NCBI GenBank assembly: GCA_030248215.1
Contig: JASANG010001546.1
Coordinates: 62,001 to 126,000, forward strand
Reading direction: 5' to 3'
From: Enoplolaimus lenunculus
Taxonomy: Eukaryota
DNA length: 64,000 bases
This document shows, one piece after another, positions 51,769 through 64,000 of the stretch. Under the pieces are notes generated by a model, which searched no databases, was not told the DNA's origin, and worked only from the letters and a program-made list of their open reading frames with translations. Made by a program: the position numbers and the translations under genes. Within the stretch, counting starts at the first letter, position 1. Each line of letters opens with the position of its first letter.

Positions 51769-52580
51769 TTCAGCAAAACTTTTGTGAAGGGTTCTATATG
51801 GTACTGCACAATTTAGACCTACCAAACGAGGCTATTTTGAAAAAAATGAAATATTGCTATGTTTCGACCTCGGAGATGAGAATTAAAATTGCGATATGAC
51901 GTCACGTGCGTTTGAATGTCGTCATTAGATACGTCATCCCTCATATGACATAATGGCACAAACGTAAATTTATTGATTTTAAAATATATTTGTATTCCCG
52001 GTCAACTATGATGCTGGATTACAACATGGAGTCGACAGACACATGGGCGTTGCATTATAACTGCACAATGCTAATATCCACATTGCCAGCTTTTATGTAA
52101 TTGAGTTTAATTTAGAATTTTAATTAGGTTTTAATCATCAGTTATAAGTATGCAATAGGTCAGCGATATTGCAATAGGTCAAATGTTAAAGCAAATATAT
52201 TATATATCATATACATAATATATAATATATAATGTATATAATATATAATATATAACATATATAATATACGTAATATATAATATAGGCAAATACACGTTGC
52301 AGCCATAATTTCAAAATTGTGTAATGGGGTTGATAGGTTGAGATCCATGGTGTATACATATTACATACTGAATAAAAAGATATATAAATTAATATTGGAT
52401 ATGAGCGAATGATGATTGTAAAAAGTGCTCACGCCGGAATGATACAAGGTCGGGGGTTGACAGGCGTTCAATGAACCACCTGGATTGGCTCGCGCGGACA
52501 GGAGACTGTGCGTAAGGCAATATCCCGTCATTGGGGAACGTCCTAGTCGATATGACTGTGGAAATTTTGTTTCAAACTAC

Positions 52581-52841
52581 AGCCCATGTAAAGATCAGGG
52601 GCGGAACGTTTTTCTGTGGGACTGCGATAGAGTTAGCTTAAACTTTAGGTTATTTTTTGCTTGGCGTAGGCGTTAGGCTTAGGCTTGCGAATATGCTCAT
52701 TGTTACGCTAAGGCATAGTCTTAGGATTATGCTTAGGCTTAGAAACATGCTCATTGTTACTCTAACGCTTAGGCTTAGGCTTAGGATTACGCTTAGGAGT
52801 ATGCTTAGAATGCTGTTCCACCCCTGTTCTTTACATTGGCC
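52581..52841 (+). mobile_element. MITE family B (TTAGGC-bearing)
   Basis: AGCCCATGTAAAGA / TCTTTACATTGGCC; perfect TSD CAAACTAC. Confidence 0.92.
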
Positions 52842-53944
52842 CAAACTACTAAGGGTTAAGTTTAGGGGGTTGTCGTTGATACCCGAAAAGCTTGTTTAAA
52901 TGGTTTCGAAGGTGAAACGGCTACGGCACCTGAGGTTGAACTGCGGAAGACGCTGGCGGAGTGAGGAATTGCGTCGGAGGGGGTCGGCATCGAAAAAAGC
53001 GATAAAATGTTGGTACTTCAAGTTAAATTAACAAAACACAAACGATTACTTAATAAAGTGGATCCTGTACCGGACAATGTATCCGGTCTGGTCGGGGGTC
53101 GCAGCCCTTCAGGGCTTGGCGATCTTTCGATACGGTTCCGGTATACGCTAGAATTTGGAAACCTTGGACAAATTCGGTGTTTTGACAATTTCTCTCCTTA
53201 AACAAGTCTGAATTCCCCTCAAAGATTTCAACTAAATTATCAACTACTGAATGCTTCGCTCTTGGCTCAAAACGCGTATAGAATCTATCATCAGTTAGCG
53301 ACAGGTTTTCCAACGGACGAACTGGCATCTCAATCATGGCACTGAAGTAAGACAAATCAAATGCGAAAAATGTACTGAATTTCAAATTTATAATTATTCA
53401 CTCGTTGGAAAGCTACAAACAAGAACCATCGTCAGTATTGACGAAAGGTGCTACATATATTTGAGAATGTGGGTTCAGAAACGAACGTATTTCCTATTTC
53501 ACCATTTGGTGAAACGGAAAATCGCAAGTGCACTGAATTTATATATATATATATTATATAAAGAAAAATTGATGACATACGTAGATGATATCCATGTGAT
53601 AGCTAACATTTTAGCTTCAATTAAATATACTTTACGTATATATTTTGAAATTAAACTCACCTTATAATGGTCTACTAATATTTACAGCATCAACGCTGTG
53701 TTGTGTTTCGACTCAAAATGTGAGAATCTGAACCCCAGTTGTAGTTTTAATGTGTATTATATTCTACGTTTTAAACCGCCAGAAGGATGTTAGAATGTTG
53801 CGTAATTGGTGTCTAGGTTGAATTTTGACTCAGCCGAGGTGTGGTTGAATCCTGTCTAGTATCTGTACTGGTATTTTGAATAGGGACTGGTTCTAGGTGA
53901 ACATTATAATTAAGGATTTAATCAGGGTTGAATAGTTTCGTCTA

Positions 53945-54152
53945 CGGTGCAAAAAATGGTGAGTCAAATTGATTCTCTCTGAATTGGGCTCTACGGGACT
54001 GCAGAAATTGAGTCAAATTCGTCTCCGCCCTAAGTCAAATTCGACTCACTGTATGGCGCGTTTGACTGTGGCGGAATCGAATTTGACTCAGTTTGTGTAG
54101 TCCTGTAGAGCTTATTTTAGAGAGTCAATTTGACTCGCCATTTTTTGCAGTA
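53945..54152. mobile_element. MITE family C
   Basis: TGCAAAAAATGGTGAGTCAAATTGA inverted at both ends; TA on both flanks. Confidence 0.85.
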
Positions 54153-56087
54153 TAGAAATCTTGAGAGGGTTACAAGTTAAATTTATGCTATAACTGCTTG
54201 TGGCAGATCCAGAAACTGTGTAAGGAGAGCGCGATATATAACCGTCAAAAATGCTCTCGATTGAAGCGAGCGAGAAACCAAACGCAATTTGAGTAGTAAC
54301 ACAAAAATATTGTTGGGATCCCTGTTGGTTGGAAATGGACCAACGGATGCCGTCCTAAATTTGGTATTTCCTCCTCACTGGCATCAGGCTAAGCTGGTTA
54401 CGGGCCTGATCGGATTTTTAAGATTCTGGTTTGTGGTTAAAATTGTCCATGTGGGCAAACATTTCCTTGATGGACTCGTACAATAACGGAAAAAATGTCT
54501 GAGCCTAAACCAAAATTTTGAATATGTACCCTAATCGTAAAGGTCATCTAAAGATGAACTGTCATGTTGACCTTGTGCCCTGCTGGGAGTTGTGAGCTTA
54601 GCAGGCGTGGTTGTACATCGAATATTACTCTACCCGTCGTTATACTTTACGTCGTACTACATTTGTCTGGTTATAATCAAACTGGTTAATTTTAGGGTTC
54701 AGATTTTGACCAGAAAATCTAATTTACGGCTAAAATAGCAGTTTTGCTTTGTGTATCGAGTGTTGTGTTATTTATGCAAGGTCTCGGCATACGTGGATGA
54801 AACGTTGCGTAAGCAATTTAAAACCAAAACTCAAATGTATAATTTGTGCTCGTTGCTCTCTGTGTTTTGAGAATGTAAATTCAAAATTAATACAATTGCA
54901 ATTGAGGAGTTCAGGGTCAACGCTACAGCATCTGTCAGCGTGAACCTTATACTGGTTTGACATTGAAATATAGGCACATGTTTAGTTATAAGGGCCTGAT
55001 TACTAGAACACAGAAGGTCTGGCGGACTAGAGTCTAGCAAGCGTTAGATTTGTGCTTAGAATTAGACTTAGGATTAGGAGTCTAACAAGCATTAGCTTTG
55101 TGTTTAGAATTATCTGACTTAGGATTAGGCTTAAATTTTAGTTTAGGTTTAGGCTTAGGTTTTAAGTAAGCATGGGTCAATGTAGATCGATATATATTTG
55201 CGTATGTATACCTTCACAATTATAGCATTTTTTACAGGTTGTTAGCAAGTATTTAACTGGTACAGGCGTATTGATGGGGCAGTGAGGTCATATCCCCCGG
55301 TTCCGAACAAGAATAAAAGCCAAAATTGTATGATTTAGTATCCTAAAACTGGTTTCGCTAGCATTGTTTCATGAGCACACCCGTCAGAAATGTTTTCGGT
55401 CCGCTACCATTTTTGAAATATCCAAATAAATATAAGTCACTTTTATTTTGAACTTTTTGCATATTTTAAGTAAAAAAATTTTTGAAAAAACTTTTTCTAT
55501 TCTTTTATTTGTTCGAGTAAAAAATATCAAAACTGTTTTGATTGCCTAAATCGATATATTTAGCAACAGTTTTACAAACAAATATATTAAAGTAGTTTTA
55601 CTCCGATTCTTGGTTTATAGACCTTCTAAAAACCACAAAATAGGTTCTATTCATAAAAATATTGAATCGACAATGATACCAGACCAAGCAATTTTACATA
55701 TTTACATTTAAAATAGATTTTTATTTCGTTCAACTTTCGAATATTTAACCAATTTTAACCATAATGTATTTGCATTAAAATGTTGAATTCTTGCACAATT
55801 TTTCTGGTTTCAGTGAAATAGTTTTGTTGTGATTGCACATTTTATATTTAAAAATAAAGTTGTTTTTTTTTTGAACTTTTCCGAACAAATTGAACTTGAA
55901 TAGTTTTCAGTGAGAAACTCATTTTATATTTGAAAAAATTTGTATATCAACATAATATTTTGGTGGAAATTTTGAGAAATTTCCTAAGGTCGATTGAATT
56001 AAATCAACATACAATTGAAAGTGTAAACATTAAGAATTTTGAACCGTTACATTTTTGTGGCTCAAAAGTTTGATTAATACAAATTTT

Positions 56088-56487
56088 GGCCCATGTATAA
56101 ATCAGGCGCGGGTCGTTTTGTGCCAGACTGCTATGGAATAAGCTTAAGCTTTAGAATTACTTTTTTGCTTAGGCTTAGGTTTTGATGTAGATTTATTCGT
56201 ACGTTTATTACTAGGCTTAGGCTTGCCTAGGAATATGTATATACTACTGTGTCAGCCGTAATCTATACACTGCAAAAAATGGTGAGTCAAATTGACGCTC
56301 TCCGAAATGGTAGTTTCGGGACTACACAGAGCCAAAATTCGAATTCGTCAGAGTCAATTTCGACTTACTGAGTTGCACGTTTGACTCCGCCGGTGGAGTC
56401 GCATTTGACACAGTTTGTGTAGTCCGGAAAAGTCAGTTTCGGAAAGAGTCAATTGGACTCACCATTTTTATACAGTGTACATTGGCC
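56088..56487 (+). mobile_element. MITE family B with nested family C insertion
   Basis: GGCCCATGTA / TACATTGGCC; perfect TSD CAAATTTT. Confidence 0.9.
56268..56477. mobile_element. MITE family C nested in the right TIR of family B
   Basis: CACTGCAAAAAATGGTGAGTC / GACTCACCATTTTTATACAGTG; TA duplicated on both sides. Confidence 0.9.
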
Positions 56488-56968
56488 CAAATTTTCATGT
56501 AATTTGTCTACAAATAGACTTTTTTTTGTATTTATGTCGATTTGTTTATAGAAATATTGAAAAGTTTACAGCGTAATTTAATATTCATGAAACTAAAAGT
56601 ACGTACATTTCAGGTCATGCGAAGTATAATTATATTTTGCCGAAATGTGTTGATTTTGAAACACACACATATTTCTTAAAAAGTTTAGGTAGAGTCAAAA
56701 CAACTGAAACGGTTTGAACCAGGTATTACGGTAGATGATTGATTGGGTTCAATCGAGTCAGAGTCATATCGCCAACAAATTGGTTAAGAACTGTCTAAAA
56801 TGGGTTATAATCAAAATCAATAAATGCATATGGTTTCATTTTTTGACTCTGTTGCCAATAAATATTTCTGTTTTATGTTGAGGTTTAGTCTCAAAATAAA
56901 TTTTTGCTGTTGAAAGCCTGTTTAATTGCATTAAAGGCGCTTTGAGCAGTTATTCAATGTCTTAAATG

Positions 56969-57133
56969 CGGGCCCGTAGCCAAGAGGGGGGACCAGGGTG
57001 GCTCAGCCTCCTGGAAAAATTTTGGGCCCCCAGAGAAAATTTTCAACCTTGCTTGTAAGTCATTGAAAACGCTTGAATGCCACTCATGAAAAGTTTTTAG
57101 CCACCCTAGCAAGGTGAGCTGGCTACGGACCTG
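56969..57133 (+). mobile_element. hAT-like MITE family H
   Basis: CGGGCCCGTAGCCA / TGGCTACGGACCTG; TSD CTTAAATG / CTTATATA (6/8). Confidence 0.8.
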
Positions 57134-58505
57134 CTTATATATACATATATATATATATTTATGTATATATATATATATATATAAATAAATAAATAAATAA
57201 ATAATATATATTATTTATATATTTATTCATATATAATATGCGTACTGTGATATAAACAATTGTCGGAACATTTTACAACATCTTGATAGACGTTCTTAAA
57301 GATATGAGCTCTGTTAGACAACCGAAGGATCCATATACCCATTTGCCTAAAACCACCGTTAAATATGTTTTAAACCTTTTAGTGCCACCTTGATTTGGAA
57401 CCCCGAATAAATGATAATTATGCTTAAAAATTCACCTATTCTAACTTTAAAAGACCTTACGGATTCTATGCTTATTCCGGTTCTCTAGCCAGTACCACTT
57501 GTATACACATATATATTCAAATACCGAGTTCGGCAAAATTTTTCACAATATGCATATCATATATATTTATGTATAACCAGATCTGTATATAATTAGTAAA
57601 TGCACAAATTTAGGTTCAATTCAGAGTTGTTATGTCAGAAAGTTATAAAATGGCCAAAAGTTTTCATGGTTCGTTCTGTTTGGGTGTTGACTCGCGGCGT
57701 AATGTCTTGTTTGGTGTTTAGTAAGTACATTTCGTTGCCTCATTAAATATTAAATTGTTTCTTGAGTCCAATAATTCGTATTTGAATATGTTATCGCGTT
57801 GAATATATTTAGTGTTTGCCATTTTAGCTAAAACTCTAATTTAGCTTGGACGTTAAAACTAACTTTATACACACAACGATATATATTAATATGAAGGTGT
57901 GTGTGTTTATAAGTAAACGAGTTTTAGACAGAACGACTAAACTGTCTTGTTGTCTAAAGTTAATCAACAACAGATGCCGGCCGACGCTAGAAAGTTTTAA
58001 TATGCGACAGAATATACGCCTGAGTATCAGAGGGTGTTGCCACTAAAATTTGATAATAAAGTTCATACCTGCGTTCTATAAAAATTTCAAATTGGCAATT
58101 TTTTGTGTCAAAAAAAGTGAAAAAATTTCGAAAATCATTTTGAAAAATTAGAAAACGTATACTTGGCAGCTGAAATCACCCTTGAATAGAGAATTGTGAA
58201 AAGTTTCTATACATAGAAATACCTGCTGACAAAAGTTTAATTATTATATCATTTGCTCAAAATATTATATATAAAGCATTTTGCATTGCAATAAATTATA
58301 AATGCACGAATTAAATATATGGAACATTCGCATATTTATTGAATATATATAGGGTTTGCCTAAATTTAGGCCCTTCTGCTTGAATTATATTCACTTTTCG
58401 GGTTTGTACCAAATTAAGGCTTTGCTGATCAAAGTGATAAATGAGGGTTTGGAAGTTGATTATAAAGTAAAAACTTGTGGTGGGTGTATAAACAAGGAAC
58501 CGGTA

Positions 58506-58714
58506 CACTGCAAAAAATGGTGAGTCAAATTGATTCTCTCCAAAATAGGCTCTACGGGACTACACAAGCTGAGTCAAATTTGACTCCGGCAGAGTCAAAT
58601 TCGACTCAGTGTGTTGCACGTTTGACTCGGGTGGAGTTGAATTTGACTCAGTTTGTGTAGTCCCGTAAAGCCTATTTCCGAGAGAGTCAATTTGACTCAC
58701 CATTTTTTGTAGTG
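58506..58714. mobile_element. MITE family C, best-preserved copy
   Basis: Near-palindrome with about 95-bp arms beginning CACTGCAAAAAATGGTGAGTCAAATTGA. Confidence 0.9.
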
Positions 58715-59197
58715 TTGGCTTTGGATCGCGTAACGTCTACTGAAAAACAAGCGCCGACGAAACTATTTCAGGGGTTCTGAAATGTTTGTTTTGGTTGCGT
58801 TATAAGAAGAGTACTTAAAATTTAAATATTTAAAGAAACTTGTAACATAAAGAGATACACCTAAACATACAAAAATATAAAAATAGAGCGGATAATAAGT
58901 TTTTATTAGATACGGCGGACGGCTTAGGCTTAGACTTAGGCTTAGACTTAGGCGTAGGCTTGGGTTACATAATAATAATAAACACATAATATAAAACAGC
59001 GTTGGACTTTTATTATTTTTTCGCCACAAAATCAGGTTTAGGCTTAGAACTTGGCTTTTTGCAGAAATGTACCAGATCCAGAGCATAGTGTTATGAAGCA
59101 TAACACTGTATTAATAGACAATGCTTAAAATTATTAGCAATAAACTAAAAATGAATATACCTATATACCCTGATACATAGCGATATAGGTTAACCTG

Positions 59198-59563
59198 GGC
59201 CAATGTATAGAATAGGGCCTTAACAGTAGTATAAGCATATTCCTAAGCCAAAGCCTAAGCCTAACTATTAAAGCGTAAGGATGAGCCTATTCCTAAGCAC
59301 AAGACTAAGCCTAAGCCTAAGCCTAAGCAAAAAAGTTAGTGTAAAGCTCATAATAAAGCATATTTCTAAGCCTAAGCAAAAAAGTTAGTCTAAAGCTCAT
59401 AATAAAGCATATTTCTAAGCCTAAGCTTAAGCCTAAAGGGTAAGCATGAGCCTATTCATAAGCCTATAAGCCTAAGCAAAATGTTACTCTAAAGCTTAAA
59501 CTGTCAAGTGTATTACAACCGGCAGGACAACGATCCGACCCGGTCCGTTCTATAACATCGGCC
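59198..59563 (-). mobile_element. MITE family B, reverse orientation (GCCTAA arrays)
   Basis: GGCCAATGTATAGAA / TTCTATAACATCGGCC; TSD TTAACCTG / GCAACCTG (6/8). Confidence 0.85.
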
Positions 59564-60402
59564 GCAACCTGGGAACCCAACTGCGTTCAACAAAATTGTC
59601 TTTCAAAAACGTTTTCATAAACGTTAGAAATCGTACGTATTCGACCATCGAATCTCAATTTGCATACGTACCATTTCCAGCGAATGCGCAGATAAAGAGA
59701 TTAAAAGTCAGCATTCATTGGTCCGTTGTGGTTTGAGAAATCGGTTCAATTTTAAATAATTAATGCTTGTTTTAGCTGCTGCGCACACATTTAGACCAGT
59801 TTTGACAGATTGTGATACTTTATGGCAACGGCAGGCGGATCAACGTTGATTTTGGTCAAATCCCCGTGTTGTACGACTCGAATTGAGTTAAACTTCAACA
59901 ACATTTTGACGTTTTGCTCTGTCTTTCGACAAATTCCTTGAGGAGTTTTCTTCAACTGGTCCTATTTTCAAATTAATATTTCAATATTAATATTTATTGT
60001 TGGTCTTGTTGTGATGGCGTCAAATTGTGCAAATTGTACGGTTCGTTGTCACGATCCACGTTGTATGTAATGGCTTACGCCATAAAGGCTAAGCCTAAAC
60101 CTGAGTCTACGCCTATGTCTCTATTAGCTTAAAATTTAAATATTAAATCTTAGCCTAGCATGAGCCTAAATAAACAAAGGCTAATCCTAAACCTAAGCCC
60201 AATTACTTGGTTTCTAAGTCCACCGGTATCCCTGTTGGCCAATGGATAGGCCACAGGATCGTACTAAATCTAATTGGGGTTGTTTTTAGATGACGGAAAT
60301 TAATATGTACATAAAAACGCAAATGCATTTAAGCGCAACAGATTTATAAAATGTAGGTAGGTATATACTACGTTTGCATTGAAAGTTTAAAGTTAACTCT
60401 TG

Positions 60403-60606
60403 GGCCCATGTATACAACAGGGCCGGAACAGTAGTATAAGCATATTCCTAAGCCTAAGCCTAAAGCATAAGCCTAAGCGTATGGATGAGCCCATTCCTAT
60501 TCCTAAGCCTAAGCCTAAGCTTAAACCAAAAAATAGTCGGAAGCTTAAACTGAGTCTACTTATAGCGCCTCCGGAAAACGATCCGGCCCGGTTCTATACA
60601 TGGGTC
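60403..60606 (-). mobile_element. MITE family B, reverse orientation
   Basis: GGCCCATGTATA / TATACATGGGTC; TSD AACTCTTG / GACTCTTG (7/8). Confidence 0.88.
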
Positions 60607-61459
60607 GACTCTTGTATATTCACCTTTTTTTGAATTTTCAGATTTTAACACAAGGTTAGAACTGAACCCAATTTTATTTTTTTCAGGATATTTTAAAAAG
60701 ATTGCGTGGGAAATTAAAAAGTGCTTTGTATGTACTATCAGCAATTTATTTTAAAACCGTACGAATAGGAAATGATTGTTTCTTTGGTTCATGGCCAAAA
60801 TTGAATTTCAAAAATTTGGGGAGGTTAAAACACCCAGTCGGTGCGCGCATGAATGCGATTATGAAAGGCACAGAAAACTGTGGTGTCATGATTTTATTCA
60901 TACATTTTGTATGAAAGTTCTAAAAGTTTACATACATACATACATACGTAATTGAAAATTGACCAAGAAAATCGGTAAATATATATACAATGTATATACC
61001 GCTATAATCATGCATATTTAATGAGTTGGTTTGAAATTCAGAACAACAGCGCACAAGTCGTTCAAACGAATAAAAGTTTGTAAGGTCGAATTTTGCGAAG
61101 CGAACGTAAATTTAATTTATATTCAAGCAATATTCAAGACTTGAAAACTCAGAATATATGCGTTTAGGTCAAAATCAAGATTTTTCTGAATAAGGGGTGG
61201 TAAAGTTAATAACGTTTTAAAGTTGTTTAAGCTAAAAATTACTGTTGAATCGTAGGTTCGGCAAAATTCAGCCATACCTAAAATGTCGACATTAAGAGCC
61301 AAAGGTACTTTGAACGGCGTAACAGTGTTATAAGTGTGAGAAGTTCGTGATTTTGACTTAAGCCTGTATCCTGTATCGCCTGTATAGTTCTTTTCTCGAT
61401 GTATGCTATTCGCTCTGATTTAGTAAAACGCGGCCGGTAAATGTTTATTATAAATCCCA

Positions 61460-61681
61460 ACCCGCAACCCGTATGACACACAAAATACCCAATTTTAAGG
61501 CCAGCAAATCACAGGTTATGTAATTTAACTGGTACCCGCGACCTGTGGGACACAAAATAGCCCAAATTAAGGCCAGCAAATCACAGGTTATGCAATTTAC
61601 TGGTACCCGAACCGTAAGACACGAAATACCCAAATTTAAGGCCAGCAAATCACAGGTTATGTAATTTAACTGGTAACCCGA
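61460..61681. repeat. About 70-bp tandem repeat, 3 copies
   Basis: AAGGCCAGCAAATCACAGGTTATG at 61497, 61569, 61638. Confidence 0.9.
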
Positions 61682-61776
61682 GCCGGAATCCTTAATGCCG
61701 ACGTCTGAATCTGATTTAATCCAGCCACTGGCTTTACCGTACCAAATGCTTTTGCCGTTTTCCAGAATCCGTGCAA

Positions 61777-61913
61777 TTCTAACCCCGTTAGAATTACACC
61801 CCGTTAAACCGTGTACTCTAACCCCGTTAGAGTTACACCAAATTTCCGACCAATCTAACCCCGTTAGATTTGGCCCAACCGTTGTAGAATAATAAATCTA
61901 ACCCCGTTAGATT
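61777..61913. repeat. Cluster of TCTAAC-CCC-GTTAGA mini-hairpins
   Basis: Four full copies and one partial copy of the palindromic motif. Confidence 0.8.
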
Positions 61914-63164
61914 TACTAGACTACTTTTCCCAGGTTCTCCGGTAATACCCCAAGTTCCCTTTTAACACATAACACCAGTATCCGATACTGGGTAAATTCC
62001 GCGCCTTGCGCAATGCCGATTAAATCCGTGATGCCTAATTTCCTTCACATGTTAAGCCACCGTGACAATCTTAAATTTAAATCCACTCGACCTTACTTAT
62101 TTCAACTTCCGCCTTTAACTCCAAATACACCAACGCAAACTCAAAACTGTAGGTAATAAATGCACAAACCGCAAGCTAAATTAAACGTCCGTTCTGTAAG
62201 CAAGTCAAACCAAGACTGATTCCGGTCCTGGCTACCCATATCGGCATCTCGACCTCATTTGCATTTTTGCCGACACCCACAATTGGGTGTCCGCAATGCG
62301 GTCGAGGTCGAGAGCCACACAACCGGTACTACAACAACAACAACAACCATGCCGGAGACACTCAATATAAAGCACCATTTTTGGTGCTGACATAGCCTAG
62401 CTATGTCGTTAAGCGCAAATATAGCCAGCTCGATATGCACCATTAATCAATACCGTTCTATGGCCACGCAGGGCCCCAGGTAAGTTTACATTGCGGACAC
62501 AGCCGCCATAGCATAGTTTTACCAATTTTTACGCCTTGTAGCAACGCCTAAGCCTAACTTAAGTTCTAAGAGAGACTAGGTGGAGCCAGGGACTCCCTTA
62601 AGGTGTGGTTTTGATATAGGGTTTTATTTTAGTTTTAGTTTTTAGTTTGAAATAGGTTTAAGTGTGGCACAGCCACCTACAATAAGTATATTCCTAAGCC
62701 TATACTTCAGCGTAACGATGAACCTATAAGCCTAAGCCTAAGCCCAAATCAAAATAATTCGGTCTTAAGGCTTAAGCTTACTCTTTGCGTCAAAGCAACA
62801 TGGGCTACAAAGAGTATACTTTTTTATTCATTAAAATTTAAGTAAATATATCGTTGCTGGCTTTACAAAAATTGTTTGAATTTTTAATTTATTTAAAAAC
62901 AAAGCTAAAACAAAATAATACCAGTTTTCACTCATTGTATATATTGTCTCGACATTAAAGCTTGAAAAAATATAGGCCTTTGAGCTCAAAAAATTAACTG
63001 AAAAAACATCTGTATTAAAACTTTAAAAGCGCGAATGGAACTGTATTAATATTTATTAAGTATACAGGAAATATACGAAGCTGTTCAAATACAAAATTAA
63101 CCAGTAAAATACAAGCAATTTTTGAGGGACTTTGTTTGAAAGAAAAAAAAGATTTTCAAATAGA

Positions 63165-63308
63165 GGCTAATGTTACTTTTAGGGCCGTAATAGTAGATTA
63201 AGCGTATTCCTAAGCCTAAAACTAAGCAAAAAAACGTAGTCTATAATGTAAGCTTCAAGTACTCTTTTACAGATCCACCAGAAACCGAGACGGCCCTAAA
63301 ATGGTCCC
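63165..63308 (-). mobile_element. MITE family A, reverse orientation, decayed
   Basis: GGCTAATGTTACTTTT start; body is the reverse complement of the 45193 copy. Confidence 0.75.
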
Positions 63309-63401
63309 AAATAGATATTTAAAGCGAAATGGCGTCTACACGAACTACGTTTGACTTTAAAACGGTACTGTTCAATAGAACTATGCTTGGGGTAAATCAT
63401 C

Positions 63402-63525
63402 GGCCAATAAGAACAGGGCCATATAACAGGGTGATATAAAGCATATATTCATAAGCCTAAACCTAAGCAAAAACCTAAAACTGCGGTCACCAAAAAACGT
63501 TCCGCCCCTGATGTTTTCAATGGCT
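63402..63525 (-). mobile_element. MITE family B remnant
   Basis: AAAAACGTTCCGCCCCTGAT is the reverse complement of the left subterminal of the 52581 copy; GCCTAA units. Confidence 0.6.
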
Positions 63526-63845
63526 GAAACATTGCAGGGAGACCAACGGATATATTCATCAAAAAATTGCTATTTTAAAATTGAATGTATGAGAAAAATG
63601 GTTTTAAAAATCTTTAATTTTAAGTCAATCAGACAAATTATCTTACAACACTAAACAATTTCATTCGTTTTGAAATGCAACAGTTTGCCGTTAATTTTAT
63701 TTTCAGTAGTCGAAACGGTTAAATATTTCGTAAAATTGTTTAAATTTTTTTAGTAAATCAATAGAAATGTTGAAAGGTTAACATTTTTATTCCTAAAACT
63801 AAAAAATGAAGTTTAATTAAAAATAAATTTAAAAGCCCTACACAT

Positions 63846-63980
63846 CATGGTGCAACCGGAGTTCTGCCTACGACTCTGGCTCCGGCAGAAAATCGGCATC
63901 CGGCTCCGGTTCCGGCAAGTTTCGTTCACCTGCGGCTCCGGCTCCGGTTCCGATATTTTTCACCTCCGCGTTGCACCCTG
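63846..63980. mobile_element. Short hAT-like MITE with CTCCGG repeats
   Basis: CATGGTGCAAC / GTTGCACCCTG termini; weak TSD. Confidence 0.7.
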
Positions 63981-64000
63981 CTGCACCCGTGCGAAATTTT

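Noticed and set aside
50620..53200. GC-richer patches as possible LTR or coding remnants
   Set aside because: No recognisable protein motifs, paired LTRs or primer-binding site by eye
59240..59480. GCCTAA runs as a true telomere or chromosome fusion site
   Set aside because: Short, degenerate and enclosed by TIRs and a TSD, so they are transposon-internal

Overview
AT-rich eukaryotic (invertebrate animal) genomic DNA. The organism is possibly a nematode or relative, inferred only from pervasive TTAGGC telomere-type hexamers. There are two real coding loci. (1) A young Penelope-like retroelement (RT plus C-terminal GIY-YIG) at 7756-11017, inserted in a (TA)n tract, bounded by a perfect 65-bp inverted repeat, with a single +1 frameshift just before the last endonuclease motif. 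(2) A very large spliced multi-C2H2 zinc-finger gene on the + strand (exons 29463-30177, 30433-37646, 38115-39401; 3072 codons, about 11 fingers, many poly-Q/N/T tracts; 5' end not resolved). The rest is densely filled with short non-autonomous DNA transposons (MITEs) whose TIRs and TSDs can be read directly: GG-ended 8-bp-TSD families that all carry internal TTAGGC arrays, CAGGG-ended hAT-like, CACTG-ended CACTA-like, a TTA-TSD Harbinger-like and a 7-bp-TSD P-like element. There are also micro/minisatellites, including a phased 12 x 40-bp CCAAT-box array. Nearly all other short ORFs in the track are repeat or antisense artefacts. No prokaryotic features or CRISPR array were found.
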